This document shows positions 37,401-51,190 of a DNA stretch of 64,000 nt, in pieces. Location of the stretch: assembly GCA_951406725.2 (NCBI GenBank), contig OX597819.1:77190001-77254000 (forward strand). Reading direction: 5' to 3'. The first letter of the stretch is position 1. Each line of letters begins with the position of its first letter. The stretch comes from Octopus vulgaris. Lineage: Eukaryota. A model generated the notes under the pieces. That model saw only the letters and a list, made by a program, of their open reading frames with translations. It did not search any database and was not told where the DNA came from. Made by a program: the position numbers and the translations under genes.

Positions 37401-40400
37401 TTTTTCCTATCAATATTCAAATATGAATCTGAAGCTTTCATGTTTTTACTAAGTTGTAGCATAAACATTCTTCGGTCAGAGATATTTTGCTTAATTCATA
37501 TGACTTAGTTTTTTTTCCAACACTGAACAAATCAAAATTATCATAAATGAATTTTTTTCTTATTTCTCTAATGCTTACAAAATTAGTTTCACGTTGCATA
37601 GGATATGAAAATTATGATTTCATGTTACTGAGATTTCTGGAAGAAAGTATGAAGAAGATATTTATATTATATCCCAAAGGGATAATAGTAAAGTGCTAAC
37701 TAGGGCTAAAAATATACATTCTTATCCACCAAGCTTCCAATCTTAAATTTCACAACCTAGGAAAATATTTCTCTGGAGTATAGGAAACATTTTATTTTGT
37801 CTCTTTCAAATATTTTCTGCTACTGCTTTTTTTTTTTTTTATCAAAAACAACAAAAACCCATCATACTTCCTGTTATCTTTCTTAACTCTTCTTCGGCAC
37901 TTAATTCATAATTCTTCATTTTCTCCATTTTCTTTGCTCTCTTCACAAATATCACATTGTGATAACATCTTCACTATAGGACTTAAAACAAGGAGTCTAC
38001 CTAACTTTTTTTCCTATCATTTCATAACTGTTAGAGGTATCAAACTAAATTACTCAAAGTAACTCTTCAATGTGGTAAAATCTGTTCTGGGAATGCTTGT
38101 TTTTACTAACACATTTTAATGCCTATCATATTAACATGGATAATATTTAACATGAAGACTATTTCTGGATTCTAAAGGATTGACTAAGTAACCTAATGAA
38201 GTCGTGATTTATTTTTTTACTAAAATGTTTCTGAATAAAAACTGTCAATTTTAATTATAGACTAAGTGATTATTTTTATAGTTTCTGTTTGCTGAAGTTT
38301 CAGATATAGTTTATTACATATTTTTTCTTCTACATTTGAGTCTACTACTCATATAATACCTAATAAAATTATTAATTATAATTATATTACTGGATTATTA
38401 ATATATATTTGCAGCTAATGAAATATCAGGGTTTTTTTTTCATTGGAGAAATATAAACTAATATTTTTCTTTTGTTCTACAAATTAAAATCCTTTCACAA
38501 AAAATGTCATATATTTTAAAATTCTTTTGACAATAAAAGTAAGTCATTTATTTACTAATGTCAATTTAAAAGTTTTTAGTCATTAGCTAGTATAAAGTAT
38601 AGCTATCAATCTGATCTTTAAATATTGAACAGTGTCATTGAAATTTGATGTTTGATTTTTTTCTTTTTTTTTGGTTTCTTAATTTCCAACATATGATATT
38701 TACCTTAGAAATATTCGCAAGTTCATTATAAAGTATTGTTCCAATATAGAATTTTATTTTCTTACTGACATTCAACATAGGTCTTGTCTATATAGTTTTC
38801 GTCTAATAATTTTTAGCTTCACAATAATGAAAGAGCTTATTTTCGTTATTTTAATACTAAAAATGTCATCTTGAGAATGCGGAAACATATATAAACCATT
38901 GTTTAATTTAATCCTATTTGACTATGAAATTGGTCTTTTTCTATGGCAGTGATAATACCACTCTCTTTTTATGAGGCACATAAGTCAAATATTTTTGGTT
39001 TAAGACAATAAGAACATATGATATATATCGTTTTTTCCAAAGGCATATGTAGCATAGCAGAAGTGGAGTGAAATTCTTTGAATCATTCTTTAAACTTTGT
39101 TATGCTCTTGCCACACAAATGGAGGTATTTCTTCTGCAACTATCATCATTATAATGTATGATAAGAGACTAGCAATCATTTATTTTAAGTGAAATTTTAC
39201 ATCATTTGCTTCAAATCTGATTGAATTTTTTTTGGGGGGGGGTGCTAATAATTTTGAAAACTCTTCATGGATAGTGTTTATTACAGTTTACTATAAATGA
39301 TTGATATTATTTAAATACTATAGAGGCAAAAAGCTATCAAGTTTTGAAATAAATTATAGCTTACTTAAAGTGGAAAAGATAAAACAAACATAAAGCCTGA
39401 GTTAATCAAACGGACACTCAGAATCAGAGACGTTCCAGTTATGACCACTCTGTATTTTTTGAAGATATAGTGTAAACAGGTGTACATTATCCCATATGTT
39501 CTTTCTTTTCCTTTCTCAAAAGACGAGGATATGATTTTTGGTAGTTTTACCTTCTGCTATATGCGTGTTGAGCAATCTTATAAAGTTTCCCTTGTTCACT
39601 CAGCTCGGTTTGTTTCGTTGGCACAACGATTATGTGAATATGAAACAAGGAATTGTAAATCAATACAATTCTGTTATATTTCTTGGTTTATCCCCCTCTA
39701 AGTTAAGCATTTTCCCATAGTTTTACCATTCGTTTAAATAACCTTAGCTTATTTTTCTAATACTTGATGCGTTTATGTAAACACAATAAGACTCTAGATT
39801 AATTTTGATAAATTAATAAACAATATCGCCGTCAACACTAACTTATTTTGAAGCATAAAATTGGCAGATAATTTCTGAATTTAAAAAAAAATTATCCAGA
39901 GATTTGAAAACGTGTTAAATATGTAATGCCTGCTTCCCTCCCTTGCGCAATGAAGCTATGGAGTTATTTCCCTTAAGTAATTTTTTTTCTTTACCATAAA
40001 ATACGAAGATGTTAACGAGAGAGGCTGTTCACATTTTCTTCCTTTTCAAAAGCAAATATAAATCATTAGTAGTTTTCATTCCAACCTAGTTTTCTTCAAT
40101 TTCAGATGAATAAAGTACATGTTAACCACCGAAACCGCCAATAATAATAATTCAAATTTGCTTCCTTCTTTGCAGCTGAAAAAGCAAATGCTGAAGACAG
40201 AAAGGAAAAAGGTTTCCTAATAACTACTCGTAGTTTAAAGTAGACACTATTACTAATATATCACATTAAATTTTTAAAAAATTCCAACGTGAAATAATCT
40301 ATAATGATCAAATACTTATGCTAAAAATATATTAATTCAACTTTATTTTTATCACATTTTATCAAATTAAATTTAAAAAATAAATCACTTAATATCTATT

Positions 40401-40624
40401 TAGCTGGATCCCTTTTAACTATACAGCTTTTCTTTTGAGAAATAATTTGCACCAAAGATAATATATTTTTGAAAATAATAACATAATGAAGAAATGTGAA
40501 AGGCTATTGTGAAGTCTTCTATAATTTTACAGCAAATGGATATGTTCATTGATGTGAATGAATATATACATAGGATGTATATGAGTGTATATTTGTGTGT
40601 CTGAATTAGACTAGCACTTCAAGA

Positions 40625-40697
40625 TTGTCTACTAAAATTAAAGGATCATCAATAATTACTTGTCTACTAAAATTAAGGGATCATCAATAATTACTTG
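40625..40697. repeat. 35-bp tandem duplication
   Basis: TTGTCTACTAAAATTAARGGATCATCAATAATTAC twice, one mismatch. Confidence 0.9.
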
Positions 40698-42543
40698 ATT
40701 ATTTTGTTCTGTAACCCCCAAATAACACCCAACTTCAAATAGTTCCAGGATATAGGTGTATTGAATATGCAAAATATTTTTTAAATATGATTTCATCAAT
40801 ATGAACATTAATAAAAATACAACAATGACAATATTTAAGTTGTCAAAGCTGGAGATGGTTTATTTAACTCTGCTATTAGAGATTTATATTTTTGGTTCGC
40901 TACTTATTTTAAATCAGATTTAATTTATTACAATATAGGAGTGCTATGATTTGTATTTCAGATTAATCTCTATACTTAATGAATTGTTTTTATTATTTTC
41001 TCACTCAACACATGTTCAAAGAAAAATTATTTTCTTCAGCCAAGGAATGAAAATATATCTATAGAATCACTGATGTTTATAAATTATGAAAAGGTTTTTG
41101 ATATTGTTATTGTTCAGGTCAAATTTATTGAACAGAACTATGGTCAAAGGTTCTGCAGCCTTGACCATCCTGTCTTTTTAGAGATATCTAAGACTGCATT
41201 TTCTAATGTGTCTTTTATATAAAAGGGCTAATGCATGAATGAACAGTATTTGGCTACTATTTCTAGCAAATCGAATGGCTGTTCAAGGCTCCTTTGTTGG
41301 CATAGTGGTAATGGTGCTTTGCTTTTCTTTATATGGAAATATATATTTTCTCTTTGTCTCTATCTTACTTTCCCCCCCTCTCTCTCTGTTTGTCTCTTTT
41401 TCTTTCAATCTTCCTCTCTCTCTTTTTTTGGCTTATTTTCTTTCAGTCTTCCTTTCTCTCTCTCTCTCTCTCTCTTTCATGTAGTCTTCTTCTCTCTCTT
41501 TATCTGTCTCTTTTTCTTTTAATCTTTCTCTCATGCATATTGCTCTTTTTTTCTGCACATACATAAGGGAAATTAAATTGAGAGAGGGAGTAACTATGTA
41601 ACTAAGAAAACATTTATCCCCAACGTTTTTTTCTCAGGTGTTGCTATTAATTAAAAGAAGGAATTATAACAGACCAAAGTTTATCTCATTTCAGTGCATT
41701 AAGTGGTAAAGTAATGGTTATTTCCTTAGTAACATGGCACCATATTGTTATGTATTATCAATCAAAGGAGTAGAAGCCATTTTTCATTTTTCTCATTAGT
41801 TATAACTAGACTTGGTCCACCCAGATTTAAGTTTCTTTGCCAAGAACATGGTACAGTGTTGATGATATGAGCAAAACTGTTGAAACTTCAGCCATTGGTC
41901 TGGTGGCATTACCGTCTTAAGGCATGAGCTCACACGACAGTTGTCCAGAGGCTTCACAGGTCTAGGGGCCCAATTTTAATCTATGAATTTTGTGGCTTGC
42001 TGTCAGTATGTGCCAGGTGCATTGATATCCCTGAGGTGTCTTTAACACTGCTAAGACTGTCCTGCCTGGTGATGTTTTAATATTTTGATCAGTTGCAATT
42101 GTCTGAAAATTTATACGAACATCTAAATTTAAAGACCTGCATTTATTATTTAAGTGCAAAATAGTTGCATGACTTTTCTCTCAATCTGATGGGTTTTTTT
42201 TTTTTTTTTTTTTTTTATTATTGAGACATCATTCAGTTAGGCTGATTACTCAGGCCAGCTTAACTACCGCTCTCCATCCTTCCCGATCTTCTATTAGTGT
42301 TTTTAAGTTTTCAACTTGGCATCCAACATCTTCTGCAAGCTGTTGTATGACCATACATGAAATAAATCTTTGTCATTCAGAGACTATTTTTGTGACCTGT
42401 AAGTTTATTTATCTCTCTAGTTTTATCAAGTCAGCCAGTTTAAAACATTTTATGCAAAAGAAACGAAATCAAACTATTTCTTTAATTAGCATGTAGATCT
42501 TTCTTTTTAATAATATCTATCACCCTTTCTCTCTCTCTCACTT

Positions 42544-42612
<69 letters not shown>

Positions 42613-43289
42613 ACACACATACATACATATATATTAACATTTAATATGAAACTTAAGGACTATTAAATCATCTTCTTTGACTAATAAATATCAACACTAT
42701 CAATCAAATAATCAGTAATTTTAATTTAAATCGATCTAATTCAACAATTTTAGCTCATTATTTATACTTGGTGTTAATGTTTCTACTAAAGATAAAAACA
42801 ACAACAACAACAATCTTTCTTGATTCTAATTATTTACTCATAAAGTGTGGATTGGTTCATCAGTTATAATTGCTCAATGTTAATATATAAAAAAAAATCA
42901 GTGAATGGATTAGTTCATCAATCATATTTTTCTCATTAATGTTGATATCCAGAAAGCAATGTTATGCAAAAGTATATTGTAAAAACTTTAGGTGACCTTG
43001 TTGATTGAATGGGTTAAGGTACTTTTCAAAATAACTGTATACATCCATGTCTCTGTGTACCATGTACTACAGCATCACATTGCTCTCTGTTTCTACATGG
43101 ATTAATTCACTGGACAGTAGACTCTAAAATATCTGGGAACATTCTACAATCTCATCCAATTATTGCTACTGAAACAGGAGAGGCACAATAATGAAAAAAA
43201 TAATAATAATAATCCTTCCTACTATAGGCACAAGGCTTGAAATTTTGTTGGTCAGTTCCAATTTGCTGCCTTAATAATAATAGTAATAA

Positions 43290-43508
43290 TAGTCTTTTCT
43301 AATTTAGGCACAAGGCCTGAAATTTGGCGGCGAGGGAACTAGTTGATTACATCAACCCCAGAGCTCAACTGGTACTTAATTTCCATTCCTGAAAGGATGA
43401 AAGGCTAAGTTGACCTTAACAGAATTTTGATTCAGAATGTAGCAACAGACGAAATGCTGCTAAACATTTTGCCTGGTGTGTTAACAATTCTGCCAGCTTG
43501 CCACCTTA
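43290..43508 (-). mobile_element. Meta-like SINE copy
   Basis: Reverse complement of the 17098-17310 family; (AAT)n-like flanks. Confidence 0.75.
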
Positions 43509-43538
43509 ATACTATTACTAATAATAATAGTAATAATA

Positions 43539-43905
43539 ACAAGAGCACTCAGAGAGCACAAACCTCTGCCAAGGCAACACCAACATCCTCGCAACAATTA
43601 GCTAGAGATTATTTTTAAAATGAGAATATTTGAAATAAACTCTACTGCTCTCACAAACAAGAATACTAAAACTGAACCCAACTGCTCTCAAATATTTAGT
43701 AAAAAAGCAGGAAAAATAATCCCAAATCCTTGTCTGGTACTGGATCAATCCCAAAATCTAATCAGTTCGTGCCAGTCACTAGGACAAACATCCCTGAAAG
43801 TTTCATCCAAATTCATCCGGCAAGTCTTGAGATATCTTGCCCAAGGACAAACAAACAAACACGACTGAAAACAATACCTCTGCCTTTGCTAAGGTGGAGG
43901 TAATA
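43539..43905 (-). mobile_element. Helentron-associated (DINE-1/HINE-like) non-autonomous element
   Basis: Minus strand ATTACCTCCACCTTAGCAAAGGCAGAGGT, (TTTG)n, subterminal CCTTGGCAGAGGT and terminal hairpin GCTCTCTGAGTGC; flanked by (AAT)n on the + strand. Confidence 0.6.
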
Positions 43906-44679
43906 ATAATAATAATAATAATTTCTTTTATTTACCAGAGAGGTATCAGATGAGGGTGAAGGCCTGTTTATAATTTGTGTGATGGTTTAGATAAAAAAAA
44001 AAAAAATTGGGGGCAGAAAAGGGAGAGGGTGAAATGAAATAAAAGTAATACCTAATATACAAAATATTCAAAAACAACTACAATGTAATCCTCATGATAG
44101 AGGAGAAACTCCACAGATCCAAGATTACCCTGATGACCAAGGGTACAAGCTTTTGCCTAACTGTTGTTCTTCAGTCTATATGCACATGCTTAGATTAAGT
44201 CCATTCATTTGAATGATTTTTTCTTTTTACTACGGTCACTCACCTTTTCACTAGGATCTTCCATCTATTTGTTAATAACGTTACTTTAACCTTCTATCAA
44301 CTATGTTAAATTTCTACTGTGCCATATGCTTGATTCTGCTTTTGTAACATAAGGAGGATGAAAGCATACTATGTTCCTGTCAATTGCTACATAAATAAAT
44401 ATGATTGTGAAACTATTCTATTACCATCTCCTTTGTTACAAGGATGTGTAATTCCAGCTTCTTAAAATATTTTGTATCCATTACATTATATCTAATCTGT
44501 GTGCAGGTAGGTATGTACAGTAAATATCTTTCTCTTGTCATTAAATGATTGCCCGTTAGAAAATGTGTATTATTGTATGAATTGTAAGCTAGAATTTTGT
44601 TAAACATGTAAAAACATTTCTTTTGAAAAGATTTGATTTAATTATTCGAGGTGCGAATAGAAGAAAAGAAATACATTTT

Positions 44680-44746
44680 TATGTGTATGTATACATGCAA
44701 AGATATACACAAATATACATATTTGTGTACATATGTGTGCGCATAT

Positions 44747-44783
<37 letters not shown>

Positions 44784-44882
44784 CATACATACATACACAT
44801 ACATACAATCATATATATATATATATATATATATACATACATACATACACATACATACAATCATATATATATATATATACAT

Positions 44883-44941
<59 letters not shown>

Positions 44942-44942
44942 A
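44680..44942. repeat. Compound (AT)n/(ACAT)n/(AC)n microsatellite with a higher-order repeat
   Basis: Directly visible; CATACATACACATACATACAATC occurs twice. Confidence 0.9.
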
Positions 44943-45768
44943 TGTGCATTATACAATATGCATGATATGTTTGATAAGTGCTTAGTGTTTACAGTTTCTT
45001 TTTTTACTGCTATGGCAATCATAACCACACTCTGAAGTTGTTGGTAGTCTTTATTATGTCACCAATGTTCAGCCTTTCCATATATAAGCCCAAAGGAAAA
45101 TTTTAGCTCTTAGATTAAAACATCCCTTATAATATCAATCATTTATTGATAATTAATAATTAGCAAAAGAACTCAGAATTTACTACAAACATATAGACAT
45201 TAGTATTGAGCACTTAATGCTAAAGTAAAATCACAATTCTTACATCTGAATAAATTTTTTGAAATGAATCAATGTGGAGCCGTACAGATATGACCATCTC
45301 ATATTTATAAAAAATTTTGTGCATCCTTGACTACGTTGTCAAATGTGTCCTTAATTTTTGTTAATTTGAAAGAGATCTTGTTGATATTTTTAGCAGGCCA
45401 AGCAACTGCATAGAGTATTATGTTGTAAATAGTTCCCACAGCATAACAGTCATTTCTATAAATCTCTAATTATGTATTATATATATTATAACTACGGTAC
45501 CTCTGTGGCACCTTGTAAATTGTTCAGCTTTGACCAATTGCAAGCCTTCTCCAAAGCTCAAATAAAACTTGCAACTGGAGTTTAGTTTATGAATGTTTGT
45601 GACAGTGTTGCTGCTTCTAGACACTCAAAAACATCTTGGTGGGCCTTCTTAGACATTGATTTTATACTTAACAAAGAAGACCAAAATATGATTTACCATA
45701 TAATAAGCTATACAATATTGAGCTCAAAGGAAGCTCTGTTCACAACATGATTTTTATTGTTGAGTAAA

Positions 45769-46020
45769 TACAGGGTGCAGAAGAAGTAATACCTTTTTAA
45801 ATTTGTTTTTAGGTTTCTACTGTATAAGTTTTTATTTTTATTTTTTTAGTTTGTATGTATTTTATAGTATAGATTAAGCACTCAGCAATGGTTGAATCTT
45901 AATTTTGAGTGGTGTATAGAATGGCATAGGGCTACCATGCTCACAACTTGACTTTTTCTCGTGAGTGTACTAAAAGATGTTGTTTACAGGCTCAAGCTGA
46001 AAATAATTCCTAATTTAAAT
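45769..46020 (+). mobile_element. Possible mariner-like remnant
   Basis: TA|CAGGGTG start and a decayed ...DFF...LKDVVY transposase-like segment. Confidence 0.35.
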
Positions 46021-46650
46021 TAAGCAATTTCTGACATAGAAATGTGTCAAATAGTTTCTAGAAGTGTTGCTGGTAAGATTTGTCATTGTGCTGAACACAA
46101 AGGAGAACATTTTGGACATGTTAATTAGTTTGTTAATCATAACAAATCTGTTGTTTTGATGAGACACTTTTCTTAAGCTACTGTAATTCATTTTCGTTCT
46201 ATAAAAGTTAAGGGCAATACTTTTTTCCACACCGAGCACTTACTGCCTTGCCCTTTGGAAAGACAAGCATTACATAAAATGTTCCCTTTCTCTAAAAATG
46301 TAGGTCCTTACATAGGAAGTTAATATTATGAGTAGTTGTTCCAACATCTTCAGGTTAGCAGTTGAAATGGACAAGCATTATAGAAAGGATTTAACTTCTT
46401 GAAAGTCGCATTCATTGCTAGTTTGAGCAGTCAGTAACAGAACAGATGCCTCCCAGTGTAATGAATATAAAAAAGTAAAAATAAATAATCACACACATAT
46501 ATCCAGGTGTCACAGTTTTATATAATCTGAATTTTATGATATTTGATAAGGTATAGTCAATATTATAGAATTGTAAAATATTTATAGCTTACAAATGATA
46601 TAAATTCTGCATATGATGAAGTACTTTCTCTCTTATTGAAACAAGTGCAC

Positions 46651-46708
<58 letters not shown>

Positions 46709-47164
46709 CAATAAGAAAATGGAGGGGATCAAGAGGTGGTATTCATCAACTTTTAGACATTATATTATGTCTATTTATTTTTTTAAAGACAATTATAACA
46801 ATATACATACATGTATAACATATTATGATTTACATATATAATATATAAAAATACCAGTAATTATTAAAATATATAACTAAGAGCATAGGATAGTATCTTA
46901 CAGCTGTTTCAACCAAGAGGCCATAGTGCCCCACACTACTTCCATATATATTTGTGTGTGTGTGTGTATGCACACACTCAGCCTTTACATTTTAATGAAT
47001 AAACTTTTGTTTTATGGTATATTCTTATTTTATATTTCCTTTTTAAATAAACATATACCTGGTGTTCTGGTGAATCAATAATTTTATTGGTATATATGAA
47101 GAACGTACTTATGTGTATATGATATGTATGTGCATGTGAACAAACAATACTGTTACTGTTTTAG

Positions 47165-47275
47165 GAGATGATGACGACGATGGTGAAGAAGAAAAACTCC
47201 CTTCTTGTATGGATTACATCATGCATTTTGTCTGCTTGTTCTGGAAAGTGTTGTTTGCTTTTGTACCACCAACAG
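47165..47275 (+). CDS. NCX: NCX exon (G)DDDDDGEEEKLPSCMDYIMHFVCLFWKVLFAFVPPT (missed by the ORF track)
   Basis: Acceptor TGTTTTAG, donor GTAAGT at 47276; 111 nt, phase 1-1; contains the acidic tract and the PSCxDYxMHF...FWKVLFAFVPPT motif of SLC8. Confidence 0.97.
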
Positions 47276-47800
47276 GTAAGTCTATTAGCAATGAGTAAGT
47301 ATTATTTGTTTTGGTGAGTAATTTGTTGCTAGAAAACATGAAATATATCTAGAGTGAGCTGCTCTCATTTAACTGTACTTTCCATACCTGGCTGTTAAGT
47401 TTAGGATATACAATCATACCTGTGTGTGTGATGTCAGTCTTTAAATCGATGAAAACCAGGAACAAAAAATATGACTTAGCAACTCATGCAAACTGAGCTC
47501 TGATGCACTCATCTATCACATGATTTCAGCTACCACTTGCACCCTCCCTTTACTATATACTTTTGCTCTCTTTCTTCCCAGTTCTCCTAGCACTTCTGCC
47601 ATTGTTCTCTATTCACCTTCTCACTCTATATCTTAAGCAAATTAACACATCTCGGAATAGTGTGGGTTCTTAGTTTCATGGGATGCAAGTCAACCTCACT
47701 AGTGCTGGTGCTAAGATAAACCTCACCTGGTACCCTTTGTAAAGTGGTTGGTGATAGGATGGGCATCTTGGGTAACATTGTCTAAGATGCTCTTTTTTTT

Positions 47801-48465
47801 TTAACCCTTTATCATTTAGATTACTATGTCTAATATTATGTTTATTTATTCATCATCATCATCGTTTAGCGTCCGTTTTCCATGCTAGCATGGGTTGGAC
47901 GGTTCAACTGGGGTCTGTGAAGCTGGAAGGCTTCATCAGGCCTAGTCAGATCTGGCAGTGTTTCTGCGGCTGGATGCCCTTCCTAACGCCAACCACTCCG
48001 TGAGTGTAGTGGGTGCTTTTTACGTGCCACCCGCACAGGTGCCAGACAGAGCTGGCAAACAGCCACGAACAGATGGTGCTTTTTATGTGCCACCGGCACG
48101 GGGGCCAGGCGACGCTGGCAACTGACACGAACAGATGGTGCTTTTTACATGCCACCGGCACGAGGCCAGTCGGGGCGGCGCTGGCAACGGTCACGAACAG
48201 ATGGTTCTCTTACATGCCACCAGCACTGGTAACACATCTGCAATTTCCATTGATCGATTTCGATTCTGATCCTCACTTGCCTCAACAGGTCTTCACAAGT
48301 TTATTCACATTGTGCGAATTAAGCAATTATTATCTTGTAGCTTCAAGATTTCAAATATGAATGACATTGTAGAGTAGGTGTGATAGGTCAGATCTGGTGG
48401 GTTTGAACTTAAAACATATAGAATTTTTGGGCTGGATATAGCTGGTTTAAAAGCTAAAGGGTTAA
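47801..48465. mobile_element. TTAA-flanked piggyBac-type MITE carrying a nested (GAT)n-tailed retroposon (47845-48307, - strand)
   Basis: TTAA|CCCTTTA...CTAAAGGG|TTAA; insert flanked by the 8-bp duplication TTTATTCA (47845-47852 and 48300-48307). Confidence 0.8.
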
Positions 48466-48909
48466 GGTAGTAGGCTTGGTGAGTTTTTAAGGATATTTAA
48501 CTGATATTTCTTACAAGTCTAGCTGACACGTTCATGAATGAAAGCACTGTGACTTTTTTTTTTTACTGACTGTAATTCTGTTCTATATTCCTGATGAAGT
48601 TATTTTCAAGTATTAATTATTTAGTGAACTCAGTCACATACATTGTGTACTGCTCTTTACAGTGGAAAGGATACATATCTTATTAGATCAAAGAACAGCA
48701 CTGACCTCCTAAATAATCTTGAGGTCAAAGATCTTTACAAGACATATGCATCTAAACAAATTTTTATTACTAAACTGGAAGACACACCCTGCCTAACCAG
48801 ATTTATCTGACAGTTTTAATGCACTTCAGCCTTTTCTCCATTCAACTACTGCTGCACCTATTTTTTTTTTTTTTAGATAACAACATCAAATTAAAGGACA
48901 TTAAGTGTA

Positions 48910-49013
48910 TTAACCTTTAGCACACTGTAGGTATATCATGTATGAATTTTCTCCCCTATACTAATAGGACACTGACAGGGGAAACAATTCTAGTACAGTG
49001 TACTAAAGGTTAA
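48910..49013. mobile_element. 104-bp TTAA-flanked hairpin MITE
   Basis: TTAACCTTTAGCACACTGTA ... TACAGTGTACTAAAGGTTAA (19/20 complementary) plus inner arms TCCCCT/AGGGGA. Confidence 0.8.
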
Positions 49014-49944
49014 ACAGTCAACAATAACGATACTCTTCATATTCTTTATTGGATTAAAGGGGCATAACTTAGATTTCATGAATGGAATTGTCCCCCTTCT
49101 CCCTTAGAGTGTTTTCTTTTTTAGAAACACTTTTAAATATTTCCTCACAATGTAGTTCTGTGATTTGGTTCTGAATGCTTGCCATTTGTTGCAATTACTG
49201 CACTATCTAAACAGGAAATTTGAAGGTGCTCTCATGTGACTCTTGTTTCCAATGAATGATGTGTGTGTATATTGGTTCAGACATGATCAATCCTTCAGCA
49301 TTTAAACCGACCATAACTGGTCCAAATATTCTATCTGTTTTATGTTCATACTGGCCATATCAAGCCTCTTACACCTACCCAAGATTGACATTCTAAAAAT
49401 AATCAATCTTATCAGTGAAACTTCAAAGCTATGAGATAATGCATGATTAATACAAAATAATATGAATGAATAAGCATAGCATTTAACAGAATACTAAAAA
49501 GTCGACGAAAGCCTTGTGAGTGAAATTTAGTTGATGAAAACTTTGTGTAGCTCATTGGAAGGACTAAGATTATAGAATATCTAATAGACAAGTTACTGGA
49601 CATCCAGCTAAAAGGCAAGAGGTTCATGTTCAGCTCAGAGTCTTACATTGTACCAGTGGCTGTGGTTCAAAACTCTCAATATTGCCCATAACCCATTCTA
49701 CCTAGCTTTAAATAGACACTGAGATGAATTAGTTATGTCAGATAGTACTGAACTCATGAGCAAGGCATATGACAAACCATTTCTGTAATATGCCAGAGAA
49801 GATTTGTCAAATATGGTAATTCTACAAGGTCACTAGAAGTCGGATTAAATTAGTTCCAGTGATTTCATCTGTTTCTTTCAAAAATGTATAAAAGCTTTTT
49901 TTATGTATTTGAATTTTTAAAAAAACTTTTCATTTCTCTTGCAG

Positions 49945-50103
49945 AATACTGGGGTGGTTGGGCATGTTTTACAGTAAGCATCAGTCTCATTGGTGTTTTG
50001 ACTGCCTTCATCGGTGATTTTGCTAGTCATTTTGGCTGCACGATAGGTCTGAAAGATGCTGTAACTGCCGTTTCCTTTGTAGCTTTGGGCACCAGTGTCC
50101 CAG
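49945..50103 (+). CDS. NCX: NCX exon (E)YWGGWACFTVSISLIGVLTAFIGDFASHFGCTIGLKDAVTAVSFVALGTSVP (TM and first half of the alpha-2 repeat)
   Basis: Acceptor TCTCTTGCAG, donor GTAATA at 50104; 159 nt, phase 1-1; ALGTSVPD alpha-2 motif completed across the junction. Confidence 0.97.
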
Positions 50104-50349
50104 GTAATATTTTTACTTACATCATACTGAGTCTTCCTTATTAATATTATTTCTGTCATATAACCTCATTTGTATCATTCAAGGATTGTTTGTGTCCGTG
50201 AGCAAATCTGAGGATTTATATATGTCTGTGAAATGTGTCACAGCATTGCTCATATTTTACATATTTTAGAATTAAGGCGGGTTCAGTTTTTCTCTCTTTT
50301 TTTTATGAGCAAGAGTCTTTATTATAGCTCTTGGCCAAACAAATTGAGT

Positions 50350-50875
50350 TGCTTGTTGTGTTCTTGAGCAAGACACTTTATTTCATGTTGCTCTAGTTCA
50401 TGATATGAATGAGTTTTGATGTCACTGGTACCAAGCTGTATTGGCCTTTGTCTTTCCCTTGGATAACATCAGTGGCACAAAGAGGGGAGGCTAGTATGCA
50501 AGGGCGATTTCTAGTCTTCCATAAACAACCTTGCCCGGGCTTGTGCCTCAGAGAGGAACTCTCTCGGTGCAATCCCATGGGCATTTATGACCAAAATGGG
50601 TCTTTTCCCCTTTTAGGCCAACCAATGCCTTGTGAATAAATTTGGTTGGTGGAGACTGTGTGGAAGCCAATTGTGTGTGTATTGCTATGCTGCCTACTTC
50701 TTGACAAGTGTTGGTTTGTTTTTGTCTCTAACTCAACAATTCAGCAAAAGAGACTGATGGAATAAGTACCAGACTTTAAAACTAAGTATTGGGGTCAATT
50801 TGTTCAATTAAACCTTTCAAAGCAGTGCTCCAGCATGGCCAGGATTCAGTGACAAACATGTAAAAGATAAAAGAC
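50350..50875 (+). mobile_element. Two adjacent SINE copies in the last intron
   Basis: 50350-50605 matches the 7495-7815 family; 50615-50875 matches the 937-1612 family. Confidence 0.65.
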
Positions 50876-51190
50876 ACTGGAATTGGTTTAATTAAAGCAA
50901 TATGCATTATTTTGTTGTCACTTAGTCCCCAGCCAACATTAATCAAGAAAATTCATGGTTAAAAATTTCCAGTAAAGACCCTCACTTTGCTCTCCTCTCT
51001 TTTTGACTATTTTTGTTTTGTTTTTTGTCAAATCACTATTTTCTTGTGTAACTAAATCACATTCTTGTAAATATCAAGCATTTCTTGTAATTGTCACCAA
51101 TTTATCACAATCATCACTTTTATGTAATTAAAACTATCTCATTTCTGTTAATTATGATATTCATATATGCTCTTTATTTCTTAATTGTAG

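Noticed and set aside
48010-48225. Regularly spaced ~20-25 nt repeats that look like a CRISPR array
   Set aside because: Internal tandem units of a eukaryotic retroposon; the spacers resemble each other; no cas genes
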